Under the pieces are notes generated by a model, which was given only the letters and a program-made list of their open reading frames with translations, made no database searches and was not told the DNA's origin. Both the position numbers and the translations under genes were made by a program. Below are positions 49,834-63,794 of a stretch of 64,000 nucleotides of DNA, piece by piece. The stretch spans positions 15,979 to 79,978 of the forward strand of contig NMRA01000187.1 in NCBI GenBank assembly GCA_002633005.1, in the 5' to 3' direction. Source of the stretch: Phoronis australis. Lineage: Eukaryota; Animalia; Phoronida. Numbering within the stretch: the stretch's first letter is position 1; each line of letters begins with the position of its first letter.

Positions 49834-50196
49834 GTATGTATAACGCTTAAAGCGAGACCGAGTGGAAATATCATGACTTCTCAGCAAGTGTGGTTACCCC
49901 GTTGGGACACTTACATGCAGTTTCTTCACTAAGTTTTCAATTGTCTTGTTTTTGGAGAACCAATGTAGTCTTCATGCGTCTGTCACCAGATTCACTCACC
50001 TTTAACTCCAGATAACAGTTAAGACTGTATTCAAAGTATAATGCAGGCTCCGTACTCTATAGTGTATGCCGTCACTGTTCAACGATTCACGATTTACTAT
50101 ACCACTTTCTCACCAAGCAACTCTCTTAATTTTCTCAGATTGTTGGACACATAATACATTGTGGACTTATTCAAGAATTTGTTTCTTTTGTTTCAG

Positions 50197-50323
50197 GTTT
50201 TTCGCAAGAAGAAACAGTCGGGTGACGGAGATTGTGAACTTCCGGTCTTTCCCAACGGCTGGTTTTGTATCGCAGAATCGCGTTTTCTTAAGGCAGGTGA
50301 AATGACAAGAGCAGAGTATTTAG
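50197..50323 (+). CDS. nvd: neverland exon 2
   Basis: tttcag/ VFRKKKQSGDGDCELPVFPNGWFCIAESRFLKAGEMTRAEYL(G) /gtaata; contains the P-x-F/Y-PNGWF motif. Confidence 0.9.
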
Positions 50324-50621
50324 GTAATAGACGCACTGTTATTTCAAGCAGTAGTGTAAAACTGTGTTACGTAAGAATAACAAACTGATTTAGAGCACTT
50401 AGCGCAGTACATTGCAAGGACGGATCAAGGATTTTTGGTGTGGGAGGGGGCAGGGCTAAGTATTAGTCAGGATTTTGTCAGTAAGACATTCGAAACCGCG
50501 AACTGACAAATGGAATCTGGAAGAATTTTTGGGGTGCATGGCCTCCTTGGCCCTTCTCCGAATCCGCCACTGCGTTGATCTCTGTTCTTTAGGATGAGAA
50601 ATGATTCTCATGTTACTGTAC

Positions 50622-50770
50622 AGTGTATGGTGTGCAAGTATAATGACAGTTGGGTAGTGTATGGTGTGCACGTATAATGACAGTTGGGTAGTGTATGGTG
50701 TGCAAGTATAATGACAGTTGGGTAGTGTATGGTGTGCAAGTATAATGACAGTTGGGTAGTGTATGGTGTG
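50622..50770. repeat. 34-bp minisatellite, ~4.4 copies
   Basis: Unit agtgtatggtgtgcaagtataatgacagttgggt. Confidence 0.93.
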
Positions 50771-51270
50771 GCTCATCTTCAATTTCACCCAGACAGCATA
50801 TGCCGCATATTCTCTCACCTCTAGTAATACCTCAGTCTCTATATTAAGCGAGTGACCTGAACACCGAAATTGCGCAAATATTTTTCTTGAATAAGCGCTT
50901 AAACAATTCACATATTGCTCGTTGACAAGGTCACGTTTAATAAGACTGTAAAATTCATATTTATTGGAGCTACCTATTTCCAGTTGCCATTCCTGTACGC
51001 CACAATCCAGTAATCTCTGTTTGAATACCATAATAAACTCAGCACTATTGCCTGGGCCAAATAACCACACTTCTCCATAGCCGTACCTATACAAAATTTC
51101 TTTGACACGGTGTACCCAGTTACAATTACCATTTTCACTTTGTTCCTAAGCATACTATAACGCTTCAGTGATTACCTATGTTCTTCCATATCCAGTAATT
51201 TTGCCCAATAGATAATTGGTTTACACATATATTTTGTAATTAACAATTGTCTCCCACATGTTTTTAATAA
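50771..51270 (-). mobile_element. LINE 3' fragment (CR1/L2-group)
   Basis: YGYGEVW...FKQRLLD...KIFAQFRCSGHSLNIET. Confidence 0.75.
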
Positions 51271-51289
51271 ACAATTTGCCCTCTGTGCC

Positions 51290-52510
51290 TTCAGTGATCT
51301 TGTTGATGCTTTCAGCAATATTAAGCAAGACGCGATCCGAATTGCACTAAACCACTTTAAAGTGAATAGGTGTCATACCAGGTGGATCATTAACATGCTC
51401 GGAAGTCAATGTGTGACTGCTTGTTTAGGCGATGTGAGTGTGGTGGTTCGCATCACCAGAGAAACACCTCAGAGTGGCGCTGCCTCACCCAACCTCTTTA
51501 ACATGGTTATAGATGGTTTGCTTCGACAATTATCTACTGACATGGGTCCAAGCTTGTATATTCAAGCCGAATGTATGCAGATGATATTGTTCTCAGTGTG
51601 TCTTACATCGATCCTGACACATGACGCTATCTTGCTCAAAGAGCACTGAATACAACAGCCACATGGGCTAAGTCAGTTGGCTTAGAAATTAGTGGCAGCA
51701 AAACAAAGGTGATTATGTTCACTTGGAAGCTTAAATGGTCAATGCGGCCTTTAACGCTGAATGGTAAACATCCCCTTGATCTTGTAGACAAGGCGACTTA
51801 TCTAGGTGTCATTTTACACCATCGTCTTTCCTGGACCCCGCTTATTACAGAAAAAATCTCAAAAGCCAAAACTGCATTGGTGAAATGCAGTCGTGCAGTG
51901 GGTAAAACTTGGGGAATGTCTCCCAAGAATATGTTCTGCATTTATGCTGCTGTTATCCGATCTAAAATGTCCATGCTACGTCGGTATGGGTAACACCATT
52001 GAATCAGATTACAATTATCAACAAACTTAAGCAGCTACAACGTACTAGCTTGTGTGTGCCTTATGTCTGCTTTTCCAGCAGCCCTAGAAACGCTAATCGG
52101 TCTACCACCACTGTACATATACCTTGAGGGCAAAGCTACATGTGCTGCACTTCGTGTCAGATATAATGGTCAGTGGGTGAAAACTCACATCCTGACTCCG
52201 CTGCACACAGAAGCCACAGGAATGTTTGCATTAAGTTAATGCCCAAGACTGGGCTACTATGAAACATGCCTAGTGATGTCCAGGTCACAGCTTTAAATCA
52301 TACAAACAATTTCTTCACGGAAATTGGTGATGGATGGCCTATCGCAGAACACAAGAATGAGATGGTTTGTTATACGGACGGCTCTAAACTGGAAAATGGC
52401 CAGACAGGTGCTGGAATCTATTTTCCAAGCTTTCCTGTTGCAGATGCAGAAAACTGGGTATCGCTAGGCAATCTTGCCACGGTGTTTCAGGCTGAGATCA
52501 CTGCAGGTTT
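51290..52510 (+). mobile_element. Degenerate LINE with RT and RNase H (LOA/R1-group-like)
   Basis: PQSGAASPNLF, YADD, TYLGVIL...LSW, VGKTWG, and RNase H YTDGSK...GAGIY...TVFQAEI; frameshifted. Confidence 0.85.
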
Positions 52511-52619
52511 ATACAGTTAATACCGTTTCAGTAACAAATGAAAAACAAAAACGACACTTGAATTCAGCTTCACATATTAACTTCATAACTTTATTTAAAT
52601 TACTTATCTTCATTTGTAG

Positions 52620-52808
52620 GTCTCTCTTTGGCAGTCTTCCGAGATGAGAGCGGCCAAGTTCACGCTGTCGATTCTACCTGTCCACACATGGGTGTTGATC
52701 TGACCGTGGGAGGTCGGGTGTTTGGCGACTGCATAGAGTGCCCCTTCCACGGTTGGAAATTCAGAGGACACGACGGACAGTGCGTGAGCATACCGTATGC
52801 TGATAAAA
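52620..52808 (+). CDS. nvd: neverland exon 3, Rieske [2Fe-2S] domain
   Basis: tgtag/ ...[33 protein letters not shown]...CVSIPYADK /gtgagt; C-x-H-x17-C-x2-H. Confidence 0.96.
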
Positions 52809-52904
52809 GTGAGTTATTGAAGATCTTGTCACACCAAAGTGGTTTTCAAAATCCGCGAGAACGTACGAACGTAAAGGAGAACGCCATCCAATTTAATTAC
52901 ATGT

Positions 52905-53659
52905 AGTCTTCTTTTACCGTCGTAATCGGTCTATATCCACCTCGCCTCTTATATGGTCGTCCTCACCTTGCCGAGAGGTGTCGCGTTAACCTGTGAGGAA
53001 GGTGAGAAACGACGCAACGACGTCAGTGGTTCCTCTGCAGAGTGAACGCCGCTACATTGCGGTTCATCGTTAACGCATATCCGAACTATGAACCTGCGAA
53101 GAAAGCGGGTATATCGGTTTTTCGACTTCCCCGAGAGCCCGAAATGCTTAGGAAGTGGCTCGCGTCGGATGAGCTCTCGACTAAGTCGCCTGGGATTGGC
53201 GCCGGGCGAGCTGCGTTCTGTTTCAAAATGAATTATTGTCACCCTAACCAATGCTTATATACAACTAAAACAAAGTCGGTCAACATACCCGACCTCCCGC
53301 GATCGACCATGGTAAATTGACCTACCGAACTCTGTAGGCTACGGTCCGTTCATTACCTACCGTCAACAGTGAAATAAAACAACACGTTTATTCAAGAACC
53401 CAATGTATTTTTAAGGGGTTAACATCGAATTTTGATGATTTATTGGCGTAACACGGTGAATTCAAGCGATAAGTTAACACCAGTAAGCGTGTTGTGAACG
53501 TCTGAAAAGACTGCGTTAGAACCGATTTCATCATTGGTTAATTTCAACACGTCCGTCTGCCGTCAGGTGTCAGGTAAAACAACTGAACTTGCTGTTATCG
53601 AGTCGAACTACTCGATTTAAATTACTAGAAAATAGGTTGTTTTTGGGTGGCACTCTCCT
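52905..53659 (+). mobile_element. Kolobok-like element, deleted copy with THAP remnant
   Basis: Ends ggtggcactctcct+ttaa; FRLPREPEMLRKW; homologous to 53765-55405. Confidence 0.75.
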
Positions 53660-53764
53660 TTAAGTGGAGTCTCTTCTATATGAGGTAGATTTATGTTACA
53701 ATGTGGTTGGGAATGGTCGAGAGGCTTTTGAGGACAAGCACAGGGGATCTCAGTGTGAAGCTAA

Positions 53765-55405
53765 AGGAGAATGCCACCCGATTTAATTCACCTTTTTTAT
53801 CGTCTTAATCGGTCTATATCCACATCGCCTCTTATACGGTCGACCTAACCTTGCCGAGAGGTGTCGCGTTAATCTGTGAGGAAGGTGAGAAGCGACGCAG
53901 CGACGTCAGTGGTTCGTGTGCAGACTGAATGCCGCTATATTGCGGTGCATCGGTTCCCGCTTGTCCGAACTGTGAAGCTGCGAAGAAAACGGGTATATCG
54001 TTTTTTCGACTTCCTCGAGAGCTCGAAATGCGTAGGAAGTGGCTCGCTGTTAATAGCAAGTATGAGGCCGTGAAACATCTCCGTGTCTGTGGCCAGTATT
54101 TCGTCGACAGTGATTTCTCTGACGAATTCCGGCTTACCAAAGAACTATCCATATGTTCCGTTGCCTATGCATGTTCACGGCGCCTCTCTAGTATTACTTG
54201 ATCAGTGTATTCCGGTTCAAACTTATAGCCTGTGAAACCTAACAATCCGACCGGTGAAGTCTTCATCGGATATGAGCTCTTGACTAAGTCGGGATTGGCG
54301 CCGGGCGAGTTGCCATGTAGACGTTTATTATTCTGCGTTCTGTTTCAAAATGAATTATTCTCATGCTAACCAATGCTTATATGAAACTGAAACAAAGTCT
54401 GTCTCATTAGATACATTTTATAATGCATTGGAGTGTTCGTGAGTGCAAATGTTTTGGGAAGCCAGCTATGAATTATCCACTGCGTTACCGGCTTTTGATG
54501 CCAGCAACAAAGGTAATTGGCCGGGCACCGAGGCTGTGTGAGCGCATGCTAATTCAGTGTTTTCTGACAGAAAGCTGTTGTGAAAGAATTACTCGATTTT
54601 ATATGCTATGGTCACATGTTAGGGGAATCATTAATTAGAAATACAACTACATTATTCAAATCATTGTTTGTGTACAACCTTTGCCCTGACTGTCTGTGGA
54701 AGGGGAACTTCGCGGCCACCCACAAGTAAGTAGATTATCAGTTTCGTGACTTGAATTCACATCAGCAATTATGTGCACATTATTTCTTTGGCTCACTATA
54801 ATAGTCTTTTCGTGACTGGAGGTTTCCAACTCAAGCTGGTTTTTGTTTGTGCCAGTTCCGGCGGCCGCGACGGGCCTGATCGGGTTCCGAGCCACTGGCT
54901 GGGATAACAAGCGTTTTGTGTGTTTAGAACTCAAAAAAATCACAAGTATAAACAACACAGATCTAGGTTGTCCTGTGTGTATTTCACGGAAGAATACTTC
55001 AAATTTATCTCCGAACAGACCCCAAACGCCTACTACGGCATTAGCATTGGTAAATTGACCTGCCGAACTTTGTGGGCTACGGTGTGTCCAAATACCTGTG
55101 AATCCGCAACAGCGAAATAAAACAACACGTTTTGATAAGAACTCGGTGTGATTTTAAGGGTTTTATATCGGAGTTTGATGATTTATTGGTGTTAAACGAT
55201 GAATTGAAGCGATAAGCTGACACCACTCACCCGTGTTGTGAACTGGTGAACAGACTGCGTGTGAAACCAATTACGTCATTGGATATTTTCAACACCTCCG
55301 TCTGCCGTCTGGTGTCAGGTAACGCAAACGAACGTGCCGTTATCGAGTAGAACTACTCGATCTAAATTGATACAAAATAGGTTGTTTTTTGGGTGGCATT
55401 CTCCT
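53765..55405 (+). mobile_element. Kolobok-like non-autonomous transposon
   Basis: TIRs AGGAGAATGCCACC...GGTGGCATTCTCCT; flanks ctaa/ttaa; THAP ORF inside. Confidence 0.8.
53929..54201 (+). pseudogene. THAP domain mini-ORF (90 aa) inside the Kolobok-like element
   Basis: MPLYC..VPACPN...ISFFRLP...RRKWL...HLRVCGQYFVDSDF; the zinc-ligand His is replaced by Tyr. Confidence 0.7.
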
Positions 55406-55800
55406 TTAAAAAAACAGTTGGGGTAAGTAAGGGATAGCAAGGGCTACGACTGAATTTCGAGTACGTTTAAAAGGTTACCAAATCCGGTTTGTGTTCAATA
55501 AGCAGATACTGAAAACGACTTTTCCATCCAGCTGTCCGAAATAAAATAATGATCAGTAAACCTCGAGAACACTCAGACTTTTGAGGAAAATTTGAATACT
55601 CTTTCCAAACCTTGAGCTACTCTTTTAGCGAATTACACGGCACCTTTGGGATAAGACCACCCAACAAGGATCCTAATGTGCAATGAGTGAGATAGAGTAT
55701 GAGAGTTTAGTTGAGTCCTACATTTATCTTTCAAGATTGACGAAAAGGATGCATTAGCAGGTGTCGTAACGAGAATTGTTTAGTATACTTTAAAAATCGC

Positions 55801-56040
55801 TCCATCTATCGTACACAAACATTTACACATTGATATTGTGTCCATCTATCGTACACAAACATTTACACATTGATATTGTGTCCATCTATCGTACACAAAC
55901 ATTTACACATTGATATTGTGTCCATCTATCGTACACAAACATTTACACATTGATATTGCGTCCATCTATCGTACACAAACATTTACACATTGAAATTGTG
56001 TCCATCTATCGTACCCAAACATTTACACATTGAAATGGTG
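55801..56040. repeat. 40-bp minisatellite, 6 copies
   Basis: Unit tccatctatcgtacacaaacatttacacattgatattgtg. Confidence 0.96.
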
Positions 56041-56585
56041 TGATATTTTTTGGATGAGTCCACGCCGTGTTATCTCAAATTGCTTGACAATGACGACGTT
56101 CTCATGATCTTGAAATGCATGCGCGTACCCAGTCGTAAAAGATGTGGTGCTCGAATATTTCGGAATGTAGTTATTTTACTAAGATTCACTGCGTATGTTT
56201 AGAGCTATGAATTATTTTGGTAATTCTTGCCTTTTTAGTGGACTTTTGTCGTGTTTTCTTCTCAGTTAGGAGTTTTTGTTTCTGAGGCGGACATTTTTTG
56301 CACCATTCACCAAATGGGGGCTCGTTTGAGTACCCCTGGCACCCCTGGGTTGCAGTGGCGTATCTAGAATATCGCAAGGGGGGCAACATTTTGTCTATAA
56401 ACATTTGCGCAAAGCACGATTGTAGATGCGCATAGCACCAAATGGGGGAGCTCGAAAATTTTTTATGTTTTTCCTCTAAAAATCACTCATTTTCCTTGAT
56501 TCCTGCATTAATCACAGACTCGAACTCACTAACTAGCGTATAGCGCGTGCGTTCTTTGCCACTACACCACTAATTTGATACTAAG

Positions 56586-56661
56586 AGACCTACACTGTAC
56601 TTGTAGACCTACACTGTACTTGTAGACCTACACTGTACTTGTAGACCTACACTGTACTTGT
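56586..56661. repeat. 19-bp minisatellite, 4 copies
   Basis: Unit agacctacactgtacttgt. Confidence 0.93.
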
Positions 56662-57642
56662 TTATGGTCCACAGCGTTTGCGTGCGAAACCTACTTCATT
56701 TAGTAATGCTTATTACACTTTTTATATTTTGTGCAATCAGTTCGTAACATACTTGTTTTACTTAAAATAGTCTTCAATCGCCCAAAAAAACCAAATCCGT
56801 TTTTTTGTGTTGGCATTAATGACGCGATTGCTTTGAAAATCGTCTTACGTTAAGGTTTGACAAAGAGAGAATTATGAGTTTCTGAGCGATTCACTAAGGC
56901 TTCGATTAAAATTCACATCTTACCAGCAGCTTCGCCTTCTGTTTTTTCATCGTCACTCAGATTCCACTTTCTTTAAAAATGAAATATCTTCATTGCACAG
57001 TGGAGCAGACGACGGACACGGAGTCATAGTGCGCAGCACCTCTGGCGGTCGCCTGGGATATCACGGGAGAGCCTATACTTAGCCATAGCTCCGTTAAGAT
57101 TGAGCCGTGTTCCGAATTTGACACTTGAAATTGGATCTTAGCCCCCTCCCCCTAAACACACTAAAACTGCACACATTTAAATCTTGTTTCCCCCGTGTAA
57201 TGTTAATTACCGGGGCTAATTAATAAACTCAACATTTCCCTACGCTCTTGCTGTTTTATTTTTGCGGCAGCCAAGGGGGGGGGNGGGGAGCTGGGCCTTC
57301 TGGGCCCCCCTACATGTAAGTCCGCCTATGGTATGAAATGTTCCCGTTGTCTTCACCGTCAGCCCTTTCCATCAAGTTTTAGTACTGACTCCGAAGTTTG
57401 ATGGCGCTTTGATCAGTACGAGCATTGAGTATGCCGACTCACTCGAACAGTTCGTGCGTTGGGTGTGCTGACACAATTTCAGATTTAACAGACCGACCAT
57501 TTAGATTCATAGGTAATTTATACAACAGCTTTTTATTCAGATGAGTCATGCCACCATTTTATGACATACCAATTTTTGTATACATGTATTTTCTAAGCAT
57601 TTGCAAACTATTATTAAGCAGAATTATTTTTTGCATATCCAG

Positions 57643-57821
57643 TTCCGTCCATCGCTAAAGTTAAGTCTTACAAAGTCTTGGAATGCAATGCTCACGTGTA
57701 TCTTTGGTACGACGCCGAAGATGCAGAGCCCACCTGGTATCCGCCTGTCATTGAGGAGATGAGTGACGGTACATATTCCTACGGAGGTCGAACTGAACAT
57801 TTCGTCGCGTGCCATGTCCAG
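57643..57821 (+). CDS. nvd: neverland exon 4
   Basis: atccag/ (I)PSIAKVKSYKVLECNAHVYLWYDAEDAEPTWYPP...GRTEHFVACHVQ /gtgggc; phase 1 to 0. Confidence 0.93.
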
Positions 57822-58865
57822 GTGGGCATCAATTACTGCGTTGCAAGTAGTATTTTCAGAATCAATTTTGTTTTAAAACGTTTAAAGGTGAGAGGAAGAT
57901 GCTGAATATTGAGCCTTTGTCCAAATCATCTTTTTAATATCTCTTGTATTTTATCCTCTATTTATAAAGTTAGTATTTGTTGTAATACAACTTTCAGTCA
58001 GCGTATGTTTCTCACTTTTGTAAACTTGCATGTCTCTAAGTGTGATTGAAAATTACTTTTGGTGTGTGATCATAACTGATTCGAAGGTATGTCTCTGAAG
58101 TGTGTTACAGTGAGTGAACATTACATCAATGCATTACTCAGGTTGTTCACTGCCAGGGTTACTTGTCTCTGGGCGAAAACAAGCCAAATTATGCAATTAA
58201 AAATATGCAATGAACTTGCTTTTTCACATTTAATTGCATGCTAGTAGGTGCGCATGTTGTAGAACCATTGAACTGACATATTCACTAATAAGTAAATGTT
58301 GTTTTCCTCTTGGTTTTCCTTTGTTTCAAGCTTTGTGTTCATGTATATTGTGTTACATAGTAAACGCCATGAATAAATATTTTCCGTATTTTATGAAATC
58401 AATATTCACCAACATTAAGACTGTTTTGACCCATTTAGGTACATGGTAGACATTTGCCATTGCTTCAGTCGGCACTGTCAGTGATGACATCGTTAAACTA
58501 CACACAATCGGAGTCTGAAAAGATTGTTTCACTAAACATAAAAGAATATACACTCTTCAACTGTAAAGTACTAGTTTATTTCTTTGACTCAATGTTGACA
58601 AGTGTATCATGGTCTGAGTGCAGTAGAGCAGACCGAATCTCGAAATTTGTTATTTTATTGGGATTCTTGAGATTATTTGGGACCTGTAAGCAGAGGCACA
58701 CAATGTGTTTCGCTGATAGACCACTCAAACGAATGACGTTAGTGGTATATCATATACTGTGCAATACGTAACCTTATGCGAACAAACTTTGCGTTTTGGT
58801 TGTCGCGGAGAGTTAGGATAGTGCTCGTTTCTGACATATTGATGAGTCTGACCGTTTGTTTTTAG

Positions 58866-59108
58866 GACGTTTCAGAAAACGGCGCTGATCTCGGTCATCT
58901 CAACTTCGTTCACAAGGGAAGTTTTTTGGCAGGAAGTGACCTGCGCAATAAGTACAACACTCTGCATTCGTTTACGCAGAACAACTTTAGTGACATGTCA
59001 TGGACCGTTCAAGAAGCGCCAATGAAACACGTCGCCTTGCTGAAAGTATCTTCTTCTCTGGAACTTTTCGGAATATCCCCGTCCACCTTTCCTGTAAACG
59101 CATCGCAG
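58866..59108 (+). CDS. nvd: neverland exon 5, mononuclear iron-binding motif
   Basis: ttttag/ DVSENGADLGHLNFVH...FPVNASQ /gtaatg; E-x3-D-x2-H-x4-H. Confidence 0.94.
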
Positions 59109-61179
59109 GTAATGCATTAGGTTAGAGTTTATTGATAAATATTTTCTTAATCAACCATGATTGATCAGAGTTTGGTTGGCTGGCTTGTTTCCTGACTCCC
59201 CTTGCATTCCACTCAGAGTCTGAAGTCCAGCGTCCGTAAGTTGGGGTCTGTTTATGCGACGGCCACTTAACAAGTGGGCAGCGGTTTGTTCACGCTAACA
59301 GCTTCACATTTGATTTAGTGCAGTGATAAGCCCTCTGGCTGTCTGTAAGGGAAATGTACCTGAGTATTCTGTTATTTCAACAGTTGCTCTTATCTCATAT
59401 AATTTTTATCTCATGTCGACCACAACGATATGTTTTTGGTCAAAATCGACGCACATTTGCCAATAATACACCCACAAATCTAAATTAAAACAAGGTAAAC
59501 ATTCTCGTGGAATTGTATTAATGCGTTTAAAGTTACTGTTATTACATTTCGTTTAATTGCCGTCGGCTTTAGATTGATTTTTTAAAATGTCACAACATTT
59601 TTCCGTGTGATCATCTGCTTTCCAGAAAGTGTTCGCCATTACTGAGCATGTTCAAATTCGACTTCCGGAATAAAGAAGTAAAGGAGTCTTTCAATACTTG
59701 GGTTTGTTGTCATGGGACCCCTGATATTGGAATAAATAAAATTGTAATTCCACGTTTCACAGTACCAAGAAACAAAGTTAGCGGTACAGATGTGCCAGCA
59801 GACCCTCTCTGCACACTTTAAAGTAGTTCTATTGAAGAACACCACTGTCTGTGACCTGGCATACAGATGTTTTCATGTTGGGTCTTAGTTCACAGTTGTG
59901 TGAAAAAACCTACCCTAGTGGACTGAGCTTAGACCCTGAGTGAAATGGACCCTTGACCGCGAGCTCATAATCAGTTTCAATACTCTGGTTCTGGAATCTT
60001 CCCAATAACTCTTCACGTATGTTCTAGGCCGACTGGCTCGATGTCGCACAACCCTGCACTAATTTTCTATAATTCTCTAGAATGTTTTCAAATATTGTAA
60101 TAGCTAACCAATGGCCTGGTCTCCGTGGTGGCGGTAAATCAACTTCCTGTGGAACAAACCAAAGAAACATAATTATCTTACATCTACGTTCTCAGGAATA
60201 GACACCATTGTATCCGATGGGTAGCGTTCGTGGGGCTTTTGGTTCCTTTTGAACATTTTACCAAAGTACGCTGACACCATTCGCCCGATATATAGGCATA
60301 AGTCAGTAGATACACTCGAGTGACTTCGCCAGTTTTGCCAGGTTAACCGACTAAGATTGGTCCTTGATATAAAAGTTTAAATTCATTTTCATTCAAGAAG
60401 CTGCATTTAGAAGATTGTGATCGAATCTCGAATAAAGTTTGGCCTCTTCAGTCGGTGACATCTTTCAAAAACGGCAATTCTAAAATTTTCCAAACATTCC
60501 ATCTTCCGACAACAGGGAGAGCTTTAATTTGTGCATGTTTAAAATCTGTTATTTGAAGCCACGGATAGTCCAGTAAACAACGAACAAAATGTTGAAAGGC
60601 ATCGACGTCACAAGTGTCTTACTGCGCATGATCGGTAATGTCTTACTGCGCATGATCGGTAATTTCAGATTGGACCTAGCATCACGCATTTAAAGTTCGG
60701 AAAGATCATCATGATGCAGCACGTGACTCCCATGGGACCATTTCTACAACATGTGCGCCATCAGATCTATTCATCAATGCCAACAGTTTACTCAAAGTTA
60801 GTTATGTTTGCTGAGGCGGTACAGGTAAGCGCGTATGTTGCTTAAATTTACTTTTAACTTAACACTTCAGCTGAAGCTAGGACATTTTGAAATGATCCCA
60901 AGAGAACAAACCCCTAAGAAAATGGGTGATTCACTTCCGGTGTAAGATTCTTGGACGAAAATCAAAATGTTAGAGTCAGGTCTAGCAAGGTGTCGTGTTG
61001 CGGCCAAACTGGGAACATTAGTGGATTAATCCTAGCATTTACCTAGTGCGATCGCCGTCCCAAAGCGGTACTCTCATAAAAGATATGAACGGTAGATGGC
61101 GCTCAGGTGAAAGGCTTCTTTACGATTGCCCTTCACGGCAAGGCTTGACCAATACCACCGGAAGGGAGTTTCATAGTTT

Positions 61180-61830
61180 CTCTTTTACACACCACAAGCG
61201 CTACTTACTGTATATTCCAAAACTTGACATTTTATACTTAAGACCCTCTCGTCAGACCCACTGGAACGCTTTTTTTAAAGTCGACAAGAAGACAATAGAA
61301 CCAGCTTCCACGCTTCAATAGATATTTGTTAATTAGTGTATCTAGAATAAACATGTTATCCACTGTGGAATACCCCTTCCTGAAACCAGCTTTAGGCTCA
61401 CACACATTATTGTGCGTATCCGCCCATGACTGGAGTCGGTTACATAACAACCAGTCAATTATCTTGCCAGCCATCTGTAACAGTGTGATTCCTCTGTAGT
61501 TATCAGGGCTATTCTTATTTCCAGACTTTAACACCGGGACTATAATGCCTGATATCCATTGAGACGGGTAATTCCCCGTCTAAAAAATATTATTCAGACA
61601 AACGAGAGACTGTTTGCGATCTTGAAAAATTCCAACGAAACGCCATCATTTCCAGCAGCTTTACTCAATTTCATGTCATTCACACACTTATCTACTTCAT
61701 CAAAAGTAATAATTTTACTTAAAATGACTATTCATTCAAGTTATGCACCGCTTCTTCTGACTCATAAAATCTTATTTTCGACACCCTTTCTTTATATTCT
61801 TGTCGCCTTTCTTGCCAAAAGCGATTTTAA
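61180..61830 (-). mobile_element. LINE RT fragment, same family as 32270-34560
   Basis: PDNYRGITLLQMAGKIIDWLLCNRLQSW...GFRKGYSTVDNMF...VDFKK. Confidence 0.88.
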
Positions 61831-63219
61831 CAGTATTTGACCCTTCTCTGTGAGCGTATAATTACCGACTGTCATCGGTTATTTCTGTACCCACATTTCC
61901 GGCTCATCAGTTCAGGAACTTGTCCAGAACGCCGCCATTTTTTTCCTCGTAACTGAATGTGCTATCGCTTGCTCGAAAAGTCTTCATTATTCATGTACGG
62001 AGTGATCATGAATCTGGCTTACCATTGATCAAAAGAACGAAGGAAGATTCGGTAATTCTGACTGACTTGTACATGTAGCTTCAGAAATACATGAACGTTA
62101 CTCTGGTGCGGGTGGGGGATTGATAAATTACTGAATTCCGAAAATTCCCTATTCCTTGACAGTGCTCTCGGTAGTATCGCTGTAAAAGAGTGTATGCATC
62201 ACTTGAATATTGGCACTTCTGCAGAGATGGCGAGTGCAGTGTAGAGGAGGTATGTCGTTAAGAATCCTACAGTGTATGAGCTTTCGAGGTTCCCTGAAGT
62301 TTTATTGGCGTATATGATCCAGTAATTTTAACCATTCTTTCTCAAAACTCAATAGTTTTACATGTTGACAATTGTGTTTGGGTAGCGCATGCTTGTGTGT
62401 GGGTAATCCCAACATACCAACACATAGAGAATGCTTGTAGTCTCATCATACTAACACCTAGTTCATGCTTTCCTAGTTCGAGAGAGACGTGATGATCTGG
62501 AACAGCAAACGAGCACTGGCCCGACCAGCATTGTCAAGGTCAAAGGAAGATGAATTGATCTCTCGCCATCGGCGATGGTATTCGCAGTTCTACTCAGATA
62601 AAAGCCCCAAGCTAAAATTGAGCAAAGATACATTGGACTGGTAACGGAGATCACTCTACTTTCTCCAAGGAAGAAAAAACACAAATTAAGTACACACTAT
62701 AGGACTACCGGTACTACGTCAACTGCACCGAAAGCCCTGTCACGTGATATATCATACTTGTACATGGCTGTGGCAAACCTTCCCGACAAAACGGAGAACG
62801 CAATATGTGTGGTGCATCTTATATATCGGTCATCACAACTAACAGTGGTCTATGCATGAAGAGAGGAATTGTCTAAGGAGAAACGGGTACGTAACTCCTC
62901 ATTCGATTCATTACAGGCAATGTCCCTGTTTAAGACCTCCGGAGTGACTATTGAATCGGACAATGGACTTGGCCTCGCACTATCTCCGCGAATGAATGTT
63001 CGGCGGCGCGCCATTAACTATCAGTACATTGAGGTACCCGTTTCTGTTTAGACCCTTCCTCTCACCATGCGTACCACACGCACTCTGACGTGTAGTGACC
63101 GATATTAATCTTCCTGCCTATTGCGTATCATCGTGTAGTCACGTGTAGTAGTGTCTATTTATATCATATCTAATCGGCAGTTTGTGTCGTACCCTTGATA
63201 AAGAGCGTACCGCTAGAAA

Positions 63220-63392
63220 CGTGGGGAATATTTTAATGGTTTAGTACATGAGGAATGTTTTTTGTATATTTTAGTGCGTGGGGAATATTTCACTGTATTT
63301 TAGTGCCTGTGGAATATTTCCCTATATTTTAGTTCGTGTGGAATATTTCACTGTATTTTAGTGCCTGTGGAAAATTTCACTATATTTTAGTA
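63220..63392. repeat. Degenerate ~30-bp minisatellite
   Basis: Unit gtggaatatttcactgtattttagtgcct. Confidence 0.8.
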
Positions 63393-63794
63393 CCGACGCT
63401 CCTCGTTTTACTTTTACATCCTCACGCACTTTTCAAACAATAGGATCTTCAACAAAGAAATTGACTGCCGACATATGGAAACTGTGTTGGCCGAGTAACA
63501 TAGTGTAAATGTAACATAGAGCCATGGGACTGGAGGCACGGACGATGTGTAGGGAACAGGGAACAGCGACATGGGCCCCAGCATGTATACCAGTAGACGT
63601 AAACAAGTCTTTGATAGATCCACACACGCACACAACAAGGTTTGTATCAAAATACCCGTGCGTGCGTGCGTGCGTGTGTGTGTCTGGGTCTGTTGGCCTA
63701 GCTACTCACAAGAACCTATCGCAGACCAATAGACGAGTACGTCTATGTACATAACACAGACCCATACATGTAGATGTCTGTACTACTATAAGCA

